DNA of 64,000 nucleotides from Macrostomum lignano. Its lineage: Eukaryota. Below, piece after piece: positions 37,849 to 52,225 of the stretch. The stretch is from positions 434,001 to 498,000 of the forward strand of contig NIVC01000019.1 of NCBI GenBank assembly GCA_002269645.1, read 5' to 3'. A model generated the notes under the pieces. That model was not told the origin of the DNA. It saw only the letters and a program-made list of their open reading frames with translations, and ran no database searches. Within the stretch, counting starts at the first letter, position 1. Each line of letters starts with the position of its first letter. The position numbers and the translations under genes were made by a program.

Positions 37849-40359
37849 TTATTCGTTTAGAACCGGCAGAAACTCGCGGCATCGAATGCACGCGTCCGGG
37901 TGGCCGCCGCCGTACTCGAAGCTGGTGTCCACAATGTTCTGGAACGGCATCAGGCGGCTGTTGCTGCTGGTGAACACCGACAGGCAGAAGTCGGCTTCGT
38001 CTCCTGGCACCCCGGTCTGCGGGAAATCACCGTTGTTCAGTTTCTTGGATAATAATAAATAATTATTCGCGCGGCGCATCTGAAGGCTGCGTACGGCTGT
38101 TCACTCCAAGGACTGGGAGGTCGCCACACACCCTCAATCACCCCAGCCAATGCTGGCACCCATTTTACAGCTGAGTGAACTGAAGCAATGCAGAGTTAAG
38201 TGTCTTGCTTAAGGGACACAAATTGTTCCGAGTGGGATGGGGAATCGAACCCCCGACCTTTCAGTCGTGAGTCCGATGCTCTGACCACTAGGCTACCACC
38301 CCTACTTTAATACAGTTACAAATATAATAAAAATCCACCTGGCCCGCCTCAAAGCAGCCAGTTGTTGCAGTCGCCGAGTTTCTACTGAATTACGTCGGTT
38401 GTGAGTTGCTACCCTATCACAGCAAGGGTGAACTGTGAAGCTCAGATTTTTAAGCTATAGACCGCGAGGTGCGGTCACACCTGTACCTGGTCACCTATCA
38501 GCGGGCAAGGCTCATTTCTATCCTACGGCACTAGCGACTGGCGGCTGGATTTTGTTACCTCGAGAATGATCAGAAAGGAGCCATTTTGGAGCACCAGCAG
38601 CTCGGTCACGGAGCCGGTGGTGAACACGGACCGGTGGGTCAACTGGCTGGCCATGTTCAGCCGTCGCTCCAGCTGTTCGCGACTTTTCAACTCCAGCAGG
38701 TCGCGACGAGTCACCCGGTTGAGGTCGGTGTCGCTGATGGCGTAAACCTTTGTTGTTAAGAGAGGACGGGAGCAGATTTTGGACTTCGGATTTTCGAATC
38801 AACTTGTTATGGTCCGCAAATAGAGCTATAAGCAAGGAGCAAAAGTTATTTATGCAAATCCATTAAAAAACACATTTTCTTAAGAACAAAGTCCTTTTGT
38901 AGTTTTATAAATCATCTTATTTGAGAAATATTGTCACGGACAAAGATGTCTGGTAAGAATCTATTTTTTTCTAAAAGTAACAAAATAACACAATAAAATA
39001 AAGTCTTCACAAATATTATATATAGCAGGCATTCCCCCTATTTAAAAAGCATCCCCCAGACAGCAAGCACCCCCAGATAGCAAGCACTCCCAGATAGCAA
39101 GCATCACCCCAGATAGCAAGCACTCCCAGATAGCAAGCACCCACCAGATAGCAAGCACCCCCCAGATAGCAAGCACCCACCAGATAGCAAGCACCCCCCA
39201 TATAGCAAGCCCCCCCCCCCAGATAGAAAGCATCCCCAGATAGCAAGCATCACCCAAGATAGCAAGCACCCCCCCCAGACAGCAAGCACCCCCCCCCCAG
39301 ACAGCAAGCACCCCCCCCCAGATAGCAAGCATCCCCAGATAGCAAGCACCCCCAAATAGCAAGCATCCCCAGACAGCAAGCACCCCCCCCCCAGATAGCA
39401 AGCATCCCCAGACAGCAAGCACCCCCCCCCCCAGATAGCAAGCATCCCCAGATAGCAAGCACCCCCAAATAGCAAGCATCCCCAGATAGCAAGCACCCCC
39501 AGATAGCAAGCATCCCCAGATAGCAAGCACCCCCAAATAGCAAGCATCCCCAGATAGCAAGCACCCCCAGATAGCAAGCATCCCCAGATAGCAAGCATCC
39601 CCAGATAGCAAGCATCCCCAGATAGCAAGCACCCCCCAAATAGCAAGCACCCCCAAATAGTAGATATAGATTTTCCTGACAGCCGATTATATAATTTTGA
39701 GATATAAAAAATTGTGGATTCTTATCAGGCGAAAAACATTAAGGCAGGCGACTAACTAAATTAGAATTACAGATGCATATTAAAGTGAAAATTAGGCATG
39801 GGAACAAAGTTGATTCACCGTAGAGGATTATAGATGCTGATGACTTTCCTAAATAGGCTTATGGATATAGGTGATTTGAGAGACAGGTAATTATCCAAAT
39901 TATAACTAGGGTGTATGTTCTCACTAAACTTGTTTATAAAATTCATTTGGGGCTTCTGTGCACGAAAATTAATTGGCTGTGGGATTCACAGTCACCACAG
40001 TCGTGGGTCGTGCGATTCGCAGTCATCAAGGCCAATCATAAAGGCACAGAGAGTGTTCATGCCTGACGATTAGTATAAAAGTTAGAAATCTGAAGTTTTG
40101 ACCCTAAGTTAGAAGATAGATAGAAATTTATGAAATGCCCAGGCGCAGTGAAGGGCGAGGCAGAAGAGCACAATGGAACCCCTGGATAGCTATTAGAAGG
40201 GCAAACAGAAGCAGCATTAAGACAATTATTCAACTGTCAAGTCAGATATGTAATAAAGCCGAATCTAATAAAGCCTCTTTCCATTCCAGTTAGTAGCAAC
40301 ACCCCGCCGCAGGCACAATGGCGCTCAAACCGGCTGGGAGAAGCAAACCGAGGAGAGGC

Positions 40360-40427
<68 letters not shown>

Positions 40428-43400
40428 TGTTTAATCATCCATGGACAGTCAAGAGACGGAAAATTAAGCTCTTTTTCTATAATCTTTCTATCCCAAATTC
40501 TATCCAACTCAACACATAGATTTTCAAAACCCCGAATAATCTCTAACCCTCACACTTAGCAACCTACTAGAAAAAACTAAATCCATGTACAACTATAGGG
40601 GACTGAGTCCCAGATTTTATTGCTTAAAAACCCCCGCCGTTGCTAACCACGCGAAGACACCCCACCGGCGGCGGGGGAGGTCAAAAATGCCAATCCGTAT
40701 AAAATAGACGCCCATCTCAAACTGGAGCGGCGCTTCGTTTTCCTGCGCCAACTGGAGTATCCAGTTGGCTCAAATTCAAGTCTTAAACCCAATTATTTGC
40801 CTTAAAGTTACGCAGAGCGAATTACTCGTGAGATTCAAAATCAGCCTAGATACTAGGAGATCCCGTCAGTTTATACGGTTTTCTCTGGCGGCCTGATAAA
40901 GGATATAGAAAGAGCTGTTAGAACCTTAGACCGCTAGACCTATATCATAGAAAGTGAGAATACAACAAAGGCCCCAGGGAAAAACGCGTATAATTAGAAA
41001 GTCAATATGCCTCTGTACATCCTGTGTGAGCGTGTGCACCAGTGCGTGCCTGTGTACAGTATTGGCGCTTCTGTATGTGCTCCGGAGTTGGCGGAGTGGG
41101 CAGAATTGCATCACCGCTGGCTGTGAGACAATATCACCGAGGGCGTTACGCAAGGGTGCCCGTAGACCTGCTGTCAATATTAATTTATACGGTTGTATAG
41201 TGGTTAAGCTCAAAATAAATAGTTCATCGCGGGCCCACACCTGCATCCTGGCTGGGATTTTATTGGCCCTCTTCCACTGCACGGACGCCTGCCGCAGGGT
41301 CAGCGCCACCAGGATCGGGTGCTGCTTTGTCGGTGCCCACAGCTCCAGCACAAATTGCGGACTGGTGCAGCTCTGCTGCTTTCGATTGCCAGTAGCCAAA
41401 GAGTTTTTGCCGCGCACCCAGCTGCTGGAGATTCTGGTTGACATCCAGGGCATCAGGTTGAGGCTTATCAGATCCTCCTCGGCAGTTGGCGGCACGTCCT
41501 GGCCAAAGAAGCACATGTCGATGTGGCTGAAATGACTCAGCAGATAGGCGGCCGACTCCCAGAGCACGCCGCGTTCCTTGAATACGGGGTCATCGTTCAT
41601 GTCAAGCAACGTCTGTTCGTCGCGATCGTTAGCTGTTTCGATGGTGACGGTTGACTTTTCCGGATAGCCATACTGGCAGCGCATGGCCTGCGCTAGCGGG
41701 GTGCAGCAGACCCGACGGACCAGCAGCTGGGTGGAAGCGAGCACTTGAAAGTCCGTGAATCTGCGAACAGAGCCCGAGTCACTGGACTGCATGGATCGGT
41801 GGTGAGCGGGCTGCTTTTTAGACTAGCTGATTGCATGGAGGAGAGCATGATTAACGAGCTGCCTACCTTCGCCGGCTTTTGCGTATCCGATACGTCGAGG
41901 TAATCTGTCGACTGAGAATTGGTTGACAAATTGATGTGCAACAGAACCACTAAACATTGGAAGATTCATTCCAAGGAGCTACCAGTTCCATATCTTTATA
42001 ATGTTTGCAAAGTCTAATTTGAGAATTAAAAATATTACAGTGAAAACTTATTGTCTTTCTGCTTCGATTGGTCTCTGAATGCAGCTTGTGAGAACAAGCT
42101 TTTTGTTGTCTACTCGCTACGCTTGCGAAGAACCCGAATATCGCCTTTCGCAGCAGTCTTATCTGCATTTTCACACATTGCTTCTATGAGAAATGTCGTC
42201 ACAGATTTACTAAATGAATGCCTCACCTGTTTGAACGCCAGCACCACGTAGACATCGTCAGTCCTGTGCAGCATGCAGCCAGAAGGACACGAACGCAGAG
42301 ACGATTCGCCCTCCTGGCGCAGGAAGACGATACTGTCCCGCTGCATGACAGTCAGGATGCGCAGCAGAGTAGTTGCCTGTTGGCCCAGCTCGTCCGTGAT
42401 GCGCCGGCTGATCACTTCGCAGCCTGCGTGCAGCAATTTCAGTCTATACTGTCTACTGACAATACGTGATTGCTCAGTGTAGAATATAAGAATACAAATT
42501 AAAGCATCAGTGTCAATCGACGTTCTACGAGGTACATTCACTCGTTTCAGATTTCTGCTTTTCCTTCCAAATTGATGCAAAGGGGCGGTGTTGGAAGTGG
42601 TTGACTCTTGACTGCTTCTTATTGCAAAGCTTCAATCAGTTTTTAGTTAACACAAAAAAGGACTATCAGACATTGAAGATTTGAAGACAGGTGCAGACAC
42701 TCACCCATTAGCATGGAGATGGCGCTCTCAAACGTTAATGAGCGAAGCGCACAGTAGGAACCAAGCAATTTCGCCACCGCCTTCTCCAAGTAGTAGGGCC
42801 ACAGCTCCAGCTCGTTCTTCTGCGGCTCTGCCAGACTCATGTAGCGCGGCTGAGGCCCAAGAAGGCGTCGTGTCTGCTCCTTTTTATTTACCTCCAGGTA
42901 AGTCATCATGTTGCCAGCGATAGACACCATTGGTAAAATATCGTCAATGTAAACGTCCTCCCAGCGGCCGCACGACCACAGACGGAAGCGCATGATGTCG
43001 TGTCGAGTCACGCTTATATTGACTGGCAACAGGCGGGCCAACAGCGAGGGAAACTCCAGCAGGCAGTTGGCTGCAATGGACAGCCTACAGGCCGAGCCGT
43101 CGTGGCCAGGACAGGAGAAATACATTTGGCGGCGAATGCCAGTGTGAGGCAGGGAAAATGCCACGTTGATGCCCAACTTTTGAAAGTCATTCTCGTCGGC
43201 ATCTCGCAGCATCTAATAAATTAGAAAATATGAATTTGTCAGGCAACTTTTCTGTTTTCTTTTCTGTTACAGATAGAACTCACCGGCTCAAGACGTTGCC
43301 ACTGTACCGGATCGTTTGTGTCCAGTACGAATGCCGAATCGGCATAGTGGGCAGTCCAGACATCTTGCAGCTCGGCGAGAATTCCATCGCTCTCATTTTC

Positions 43401-43478
43401 GGTCAGTAGCATTCGTGGCAGTCGCTTGCATCTGCGCTTATCAAGTGGCATCATGTCGCCTCTTGTTATAATCTCCAT
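37849..43478 (-). CDS. Calpain-like protein (CysPc + C2-like/CBSW domain, no penta-EF), probably catalytically inactive, 6 exons, ~608 aa
   Basis: Exons 43478-43284, 43212-42705, 42423-42227, 41810-41241, 38747-38559 and 38016-37849 (sum 1827 nt, phases consistent; the 41810 acceptor is least certain). Motifs are VQWQR, FRLWSCGRWEDVYIDDILP, ELWPYYLEKAVAKLLGSY..L, LWES...LSHFSHIDMC, SSWVRG.N......SPQF and IILETGVPGDEADFCLSVF. Confidence 0.8.
38062..38302 (-). mobile_element. tRNA-derived SINE family B, copy 2 (in the last calpain intron)
   Basis: Head GTAGCCTAGTGGTCAGAGC...GGTTCGATTCCC, a CORE-like block and a TAA/TTA-rich tail. Confidence 0.8.
39050..39660. repeat. ~17-20-bp minisatellite (CCCCAGATAGCAAGCAC) in a calpain intron
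   Basis: Tandem units with a variable C run. Confidence 0.92.
40361..40425. repeat. (GA)n microsatellite
   Basis: Dinucleotide run. Confidence 0.95.
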
Positions 43479-43682
43479 GCTGCACGATGAGTATTAAGCT
43501 GCTGTCTATCAATTCCTGGTTTTCTTAGTCAGCTGAGATTAAGTACTTCAAATTTTAAAGATTATAGATTTTCGAAGGTTAGAATGCGTATAATATAGCA
43601 ACTATAAGTAGTCTTACACGAAGTCATAAATGGTCATGGGCCATAAACTATTTTTTGTATTTATATCATTCACTTCGCTTGT

Positions 43683-43716
<34 letters not shown>

Positions 43717-44238
43717 ACGCACCGGGCACTTGTTGGTACGGTATACAATGGTGGGCACTTATTTTGCAATTTTTTTTGACACACGAAAACACACACATAC
43801 ACACAGTGCAATGACCTATTAAGTATTTTTAGCATTTAAATGATGAAAAAAAGCATACATTGAAATAAAAAAGCACGTCCCATACTAATAGTATGATCTA
43901 TTGAAAGTGAAGGAATAGCATATCATCGTGTAACTATATTGTCCTCAGTCCAGCGAATTCAGCATTACTTGAAATACAAAAGGCTTCGTTAAAGCCAATC
44001 CACATGAAGGAAAAACTAGTTACAAGCAGTCTATTTACCTTTACCTTAACTAATACGCTATAATGCTGTACGCAATATGCCTGACTAATATGAATAAAGA
44101 ATTCAATTACACTTGCGCTTAGAAAAAAACCTGAAATTGACAGTGAAACTGAAAAACTGAAACGCAGAGATTAGTTAAGCAGATTAAACAACAAATTCCG
44201 GTCGAGTGAGAAAACAGGAGTCTCGTTATTTAGAGCAC

Positions 44239-47200
44239 TCTGGCATCTAGCATTACTCTCGTAGTCTATTAGCTGCTCTCCTGAGTTCGAAGCTGACAGG
44301 TCAGTTGCAGTCGGCATCGATTGAGTCGACTGCCAATTTAGTCAATGGGTTTCGTTTCTTCTTTTCACTGGAACCTGTGGTGGGATTAGCAAAAGATCGA
44401 TTTCGCATATCGATTTAGTGATTTCAAGGACGACAAAATCATTCTTCTCTGCATGTCAGCTCCAGAAGATGCTAGTTTGCTTGCAGCTTTCTGTAGGAGC
44501 ATTCTACTTTAGTAAAGTGTACCCATTCTAAAATAAGCTGTTTTTAATCTGTCCCAACAAGTCTCTGTGCAGTGTGTCATCCGTTTGCCCATCAATTTGT
44601 TCTGGAGCCCTTTATTAATTGAGTTCTTTAGGTGACTTAACAAATGCGGAAAAAACTAGACACACACACAGTGGCCCAACACTTCGTGTCCCAATAATTG
44701 CTAGGAAAAATGCACTGCAGTGTTTAAGCATCTCTTCTGAGGGGCCCTTGCATGCATAGCTATAGAATCTGCTAAGACCCGATCTGAGAGTTAAAAGTAC
44801 AAAAAGTTATAACGCTTCTAGACACGAAAACGAATGCAGCCACAGCATGAACTAACCTTTCATTGAAGCTTCTGCTTAAGACTTTGATGCTGTGAAGCAT
44901 TCTGGCATCTAGCATTACTCTCGTAGTCTATTAGCTGCTCTCCTGAGTTCGAAGCTGACAGGTCAGTTGCAGTCGGCATCGATTGAGTCGACTGCCAATT
45001 TAGTCAATGGGTTTCGTTTCTTCTTTTCACTGGAACCTGTGGTGGGATTAGCAAAAGATCGATTTCGCATATCGATTTAGTGATTTCAAGGACGACAAAA
45101 TCATTCTTCTCTGCATGTCAGCTCCAGAAGATGCTAGTTTGCTTGCAGCTTTCTGTAGGAGCATTCTACTTTAGTAAAGTGTACCCATTCTAAAATAAGC
45201 TGTTTTTAATCTGTCCCAACAAGTCTCTGTGCAGTGTGTCATCCGTTTGCCCATCAATTTGTTCTGGAGCCCTTTATTAATTGAGTTCTTTAGGTGACTT
45301 AACAAATGCGGAAAAAACTAGACACACACACAGTGGCCCAACACTTCGTGTCCCAATAATTGCTAGGAAAAATGCACTGCAGTGTTTAAGCATCTCTTCT
45401 GAGGGGCCCTTGCATGCATAGCTATAGAATCTGCTAAGACCCGATCTGAGAGTTAAAAGTACAAAAAGTTATAACGCTTCTAGACACGAAAACGAATGCA
45501 GCCACAGCATGAACTAACCTTTCATTGAAGCTTCTGCTTAAGACTTTGATGCTGTGAAGCATTCTGGCATCTAGCATTACTCTCGTAGTCTATTAGCTGC
45601 TCTCCTGAGTTCGAAGCTGACAGGTCAGTTGCAGTCGGCATCGATTGAGTCGACTGCCAATTTAGTCAATGGGTTTCGTTTCTTCTTTTCACTGGAACCT
45701 GTGGTGGGATTAGCAAAAGATCGATTTCGCATATCGATTTAGTGATTTCAAGGACGACAAAATCATTCTTCTCTGCATGTCAGCTCCAGAAGATGCTAGT
45801 TTGCTTGCAGCTTTCTGTAGGAGCATTCTACTTTAGTAAAGTGTACCCATTCTAAAATAAGCTGTTTTTAATCTGTCCCAACAAGTCTCTGTGCAGTGTG
45901 TCATCCGTTTGCCCATCAATTTGTTCTGGAGCCCTTTATTAATTGAGTTCTTTAGGTGACTTAACAAATGCGGAAAAAACTAGACACACACACAGTGGCC
46001 CAACACTTCGTGTCCCAATAATTGCTAGGAAAAATGCACTGCAGTGTTTAAGCATCTCTTCTGAGGGGCCCTTGCATGCATAGCTATAGAATCTGCTAAG
46101 ACCCGATCTGAGAGTTAAAAGTACAAAAAGTTATAACGCTTCTAGACACGAAAACGAATGCAGCCACAGCATGAACTAACCTTTCATTGAAGCTTCTGCT
46201 TAAGACTTTGATGCTGTGAAGCATTCTGGCATCTAGCATTACTCTCGTAGTCTATTAGCTGCTCTCCTGAGTTCGAAGCTGACAGGTCAGTTGCAGTCGG
46301 CATCGATTGAGTCGACTGCCAATTTAGTCAATGGGTTTCGTTTCTTCTTTTCACTGGAACCTGTGGTGGATTAGCAAAAGATCGATTTCGCATATCGATT
46401 TAGTGATTTCAAGGACGACAAAATCATTCTTCTCTGCATGTCAGCTCCAGAAGATGCTAGTTTGCTTGCAGCTTTCTGTAGGAGCATTCTACTTTAGTAA
46501 AGTGTACCCATTCTAAAATAAGCTGTTTTTAATCTGTCCCAACAAGTCTCTGTGCAGTGTGTCATCCGTTTGCCCATCAATTTGTTCTGGAGCCCTTTAT
46601 TAATTGAGTTCTTTAGGTGACTTAACAAATGCGGAAAAAACTAGACACACACACAGTGGCCCAACACTTCGTGTCCCAATAATTGCTAGGAAAAATGCAC
46701 TGCAGTGTTTAAGCATCTCTTCTGAGGGGCCCTTGCATGCATAGCTATAGAATCTGCTAAGACCCGATCTGAGAGTTAAAAGTACAAAAAGTTATAACGC
46801 TTCTAGACACGAAAAAGAATGCAGCCACAGCATGAACTAACCTTTCATTGAAGCTTCTGCTTAAGACTTTGATGCTGTGAAGCATTCTGGCATCTAGCAT
46901 TACTCTCGTAGTCTATTAGCTGCTCTCCTGAGTTCGAAGCTGACAGGTCAGTTGCAGTCGGCATCGATTGAGTCGACTGCCAATTTAGTCAATGGGTTTC
47001 GTTTCTTCTTTTCACTGGAACCTGTGGTGGGATTAGCAAAAGATCGATTTCGCATATCGATTTAGTGATTTCAAGGACGACAAAATCATTCTTCTCTGCA
47101 TGTCAGCTCCAGAAGATGCTAGTTTGCTTGCAGCTTTCTGTAGGAGCATTCTACTTTAGTAAAGTGTACCCATTCTAAAATAAGCTGTTTTTAATCTGTC

Positions 47201-47450
47201 CCAACAAGTCTCTGTGCAGTGTGTCATCCGTTTGCCCATCAATTTGTTCTGGAGCCCTTTATTAATTGAGTTCTTTAGGTGACTTAACAAATGCGGAAAA
47301 AACTAGACACACACACAGTGGCCCAACACTTCGTGTCCCAATAATTGCTAGGAAAAATGCACTGCAGTGTTTAAGCATCTCTTCTGAGGGGCCCTTGCAT
47401 GCATAGCTATAGAATCTGCTAAGACCCGATCTGAGAGTTAAAAGTACAAA
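44239..47450. repeat. Tandem array of a 662-bp unit, ~4.85 near-identical copies
   Basis: TCTGGCATCTAGCATTACTC recurs at 44239, 44901, 45563, 46225 and 46886 (one 1-bp deletion in unit 4). Confidence 0.96.
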
Positions 47451-48644
47451 ACTTATAATTTTTGTGGTTGGACACGTAGGCTATTGAATGTCAATGGATT
47501 CAGACGAAATGTCAAGTTTTACTCAAAGCTTTTACAGCTTACCGGTTAAAGTCGACGGATCCTTTGACAATTGCGCCACATGGCAGTTGATCAAAGGTGA
47601 TATACCTGAAGTAAAGGTAGGTACTGCTTAGCAGGAGCAGTATTTTTATAGCATTTAAATATAAATGCTTCTTGTTTCCGACAAAGTTTTTTAATACCAC
47701 TTACATGTTTATCGCTGTGCCATTCCATGCTGTTCTTTCCATACCATGGTGACTCGGGTGCCATGGCAGAGGCAGAGTTGACCATTGATTTCAGCATGGC
47801 GAGTACATGCCAATTTTGTTTACCGTACGTTTGCGGGGTGGCGTCAATAATAGACCAAAATAAATGTACACTTAAATAGCAAGGGGACTCTGGTAAATTG
47901 GAGCCATGTACACAGGGGGGTAGGGCTTAGTCCTAACATGTACGGGGTAAGTCCTAATATGAGTGGGCTTTTGTAAACGACACTCTAGCACACAGTCCCA
48001 ACAATTTATAGAATATCGAATGCGCGCAGCAGTCAATAGCATGAGTCCTAACAAGAGTGGGCTGTTGTATTCAACACTGCAACACTGTCCTAACAATTTA
48101 GTTCGTGTAGAGGACTGATGCCCATCACAGTCAGAAGTACATGTAAGCCCTTGTCATTTCTTTAGGTTTATCTCCATCCAGAACCATACTTTGACAATAA
48201 AATACCCTTAAAAGTGTTTTGCTATGCTTTGCTTTGTATGTATTTTAATGTATGCTATGTATTTACGTCTTGAAACAAAGACTGCAGCAAATGAATGCGC
48301 TTGAAATCTACTATTAGTAAAATATGAGAAAAAACCAATAAAAATATGCGGGAGCAGATTAGCCATTTCAGTGTCCCAAGAGTGATTTGGTCGAATTTTG
48401 TATCATTTTTCCTTATTGGGACGCCAGTTTTTGCTTATTTATTGACACAGCAAGTAAAATTATTTAAAATGAGTTGCACCATCAAAAAGAGGCTGTCGAG
48501 CTGAATCCATAGAGTATTTTTTTGAGCTGCTATTGTAAGTTTTTTGGAAGTGTTGGACGGACTTGATGGGACAGTCCCAACATTTTTTTTGGCCCAACAG
48601 TGCGGGTCCCGTTGTATGCGTATGGCCCAACAAATGCCCCGTGC

Positions 48645-48676
<32 letters not shown>

Positions 48677-48977
48677 TGAGTGTGCTACACGCACTCGAGT
48701 TTTGGCCATTATTCAACTCAGTTGCATACTATACAATCTACCATTGCGCACATGGCCGGGTTAAATGTGCAGTATATTATTATTATGCATGTGAGACTCT
48801 TCGGTCGGGGCCCCATGTCGTGCTTATGGTCAGCGAAGTGACTTGCAGATACGCCTGTAAATATAATACGAGAATTAAGTCACAAAATTAAATTATCTGT
48901 GTAAGGCAGGTAACAGAAAGATTGAGAAAAATTCGCACTGCTCTACATTTACATGTAGTACACTCTATAATATCTAT

Positions 48978-49214
48978 CCAGTACAACAATAAAACTTCGG
49001 CGACGTCTTGCCGACGTTCCCGACGTCCATTCAACGTCGATCTATCGATGTCGATGATATATGTGCTTTTATATTACATTTATATATATTGACGGATAAC
49101 GATGTCATACGCCGGCTAAACGTCGGTGAAATGCATAAGTACAATATTTGTTAACAACGTCAATAGACGTCGGGAATGTCCACCGACGTCGCTGACGTCG
49201 GATTGCTGTACGGG
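48978..49214. mobile_element. Small MITE-like element with imperfect ~50-bp TIRs rich in CGACGT
   Basis: CCAGTACAACAAT...CGACGTTCCCGACGTC versus GACGTCGGGAATGTC...ATTGCTGTACGGG; no clear TSD. Confidence 0.55.
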
Positions 49215-52200
49215 CCTGTACACCTAATACGGGCACACCTAACTCGTACACATGTTTGCTTGCCTATAGAGTACAGTAATACATACAGGCCATGCATCTG
49301 TCACGATAAAAACTATATTTTATAGATGAATACAATTGTGCATAAAATATTGCAATACCTATATGCATGTCCGCATGCACACACCTACCTAGCAAGTATT
49401 GTACAACTTCAGATACGTATTTAGAGTCCATATAGATTAAATACAATATTTAGTAATTTTTGAAGAATGTTTCTTATTATGTTTCTCATTCATGCTTTAG
49501 TAGCATTAGTGACTTATCTTTATTCTCGTTTAAATTTCCACATAATCTCTGTGCATTGTACATATATTTCTAAAGGCTCGTTCACAAAGCCGGTCAATCA
49601 CATAACAGCCATGAATTATAAAACTGGAGCAAATGCTGCAAAGTTAAGTATTTTTCGTTAACAGAGAATTTTCATCCATTTGAATGAGCCAGAGAGTTAA
49701 AAGACAAAAGATTCATGCAGATATAAAAGTAATTATAGCCACAGATACTAAATACAGTATTTAGTATCTGTGAACTATAGCTAGCATGCACGCCTTCAAA
49801 TACGATGATAAATTACATTTTGTGATGCAAACACAATCCTAGCCAATTTAGATAATTCAACGCAAAGGTGGGGCCTACGTTTTCAATTTAGTCAAATACT
49901 CTATTGGCATTATACATTAAATAATTAAACCACCTCCAATTCTGAGAGTTTGTTAATTTTCGACTATCCAATGAATTAAAATGCACCAAATCAAATACCG
50001 TCAATTTAGTAACTTGAATTTTTATGTGGACTGTAATAATACTTTTGTACTTGAATGATAATTATATTTTTGTCGCTTATAGTTTCAGATTTTTAGATCC
50101 TACTATTTGTAGAAAATTATTCACTGTTTAAAATGATATGTATTTCGGTCGATTTTATCACTTGATTTGCAAAACCTAAAAGTAAAACAGATGTCATGTC
50201 ATCAACTAACTAGGCAATGCAAGATTTTGTCCTTAAACTTCATTTTTTATATCAGGCCTAGCTAGACCTACTGGTACTGCTGAGGCGGTGAGGTCTAACA
50301 CATTTATGATATATTCTGTATGTTCTAGACTGTATAATTTGTGATTTATTTCAAGTTTTTTTAGTTCTTTAACTTTGAATTAATTTTGTCTAGTCTTCTA
50401 GGTCCTAGGCCTAGTACTTTTATTATTGTATTTTAAAGTTTGTGTTGATGGCCTAGCTATGTGTGGTTTGTTTTAAATTTTATTAATAACCATGATTAGG
50501 TTAAAAAAGTTATTTAATACAATTTGAAGTTACTTTTTAGTATTTATTTTATTTGATAAATATCATTTTCCTAAGTAAAAAGACTCAAAGGGCCTTTAAT
50601 TTTGAAAATTTGTCTGATAATAAAAGTAGGCTTAACATCTTTTTCATTTTTAAATTTTTTATAATGTTTTTTGCCTATCTTTAGACCCTATTGGAATAAG
50701 TTTCAAAAACCCGCGGACGCGCAACACGGGTGCCAAAATTGTGCCCTCAAAAGCGCGACGCGACACCAAATTTTGTTGACTGGGGGGCGGCAACGCGCGA
50801 CGCAACACCGATGTCTGTTGACCAAATGACTGGGGGGGGGAGGACGCCACAGCAACCACGTTGCAATTGACAATTCCCATTCTGCTGTTCACTCCCGACA
50901 CCGAAAACATGGGGCGAGAGACGAGAGTACTTTATGTGCAACTTTAGACAGACTTTAGACATTATACTTAGGCCTATAGGCCCCCTAGTCATTTAAGAAA
51001 AAATACAGAAAAAACATTTTTGCCATTATTTGCTATAACCAATGCTTTAATTCCATTTTATTATCAGGAGGATAGACAATACCCAATTAATGCAATAATC
51101 CTAAATTTTACAAAAAAATATGTATATAGTAGTTATAAACATTATTTTTAATAATAGACTCTGTCATTAGTATATTAAACGTTGTTTTCTAACTAGGGCC
51201 CAAGTCCAAGAAACTAAATATTTTCAAAAAATAAGAATAATAATTTTGTAAAAATTTCAAATGAACTTAAAACAAAAGATTGGTTAAGAATTAAAAAATA
51301 GTTTATATTTACTTTGCATTTTATAATGCCTTTTTAATTTTTCGTTTTTAAAAATATGCAAATACCTTTTTAAATGTTAGTTTTTAAAAAGTTATTTCTT
51401 TGCTTTGAAAAAATAACATAGTTTTTTATCATCTTAGACTTAATAAATGAAAGCCAAATAAATATTTTTAAAAAGTTTTTTTTGCAACTAAGTTTTTTTT
51501 CTAGTTTACATTTGCTATTTATTCTATACAATTGCATTAAAAAGTTATTCATTTGTAAAAAACACTTGCGCAAACTTACCTTTTACATTATTGGAACTAT
51601 AGTTGCAGAACCATAAAATGAGAAAATGTTTGCTATCATTTTTTGTATTTTAAACAACTATTATATGCAATAGTTTTTGCTTTGTAGGGTATAATTATAA
51701 GGTAAATAATACTATATAGTAGGTATGCTAGTCTAATAATATATGCTTCTTTATATATTTAAAATAGATATTAAAAGTGTTTTATTCACTGATGTTGATA
51801 ATCTTTAATTATCATCATCTAAATATCCATTAGGAACCTACAATATATATAGTACAAAATAAAATATTAGCTCAATAACAATTTAATGAATAGTATATTA
51901 ATAGTTTTAAATATACAATCAAAAGTATATAACAAATAAAATGTATGCATATTAGTATACATTTTACATTACTCTTAATGAATTTTTCTCCCTAATTTTA
52001 ATTTTCAAAATGTGCTATTTTGTTTTGCTATGGACCCTTTTTATATATTGTTAATTTTAGGATAGTAATTAATCAATTCATTGATAAATACTTATAGCTC
52101 TATTGCAGCTCATAGCTTAAATGTATTAGACTTTTACCTCAACTATGTCATTTTTTGCATATTTATTTCTATTTTTCTACTTTTCCTTGCTTTGCTATAT

Positions 52201-52225
52201 CTTTATTATATTGCTCTATGCCATA

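Noticed and set aside
38240-38302. Possible tRNA gene (A and B boxes on the minus strand)
   Set aside because: No complete cloverleaf, and it continues into a shared SINE body present in three copies. The same reasoning applies to 1430-1491 and 14019-14080.
47591-47797. Minus-strand ORF with EWHSD, reminiscent of an AlkB HxD motif and followed by GTAAGT
   Set aside because: Downstream acceptors lead to an immediate stop in that phase and no other dioxygenase motifs were found
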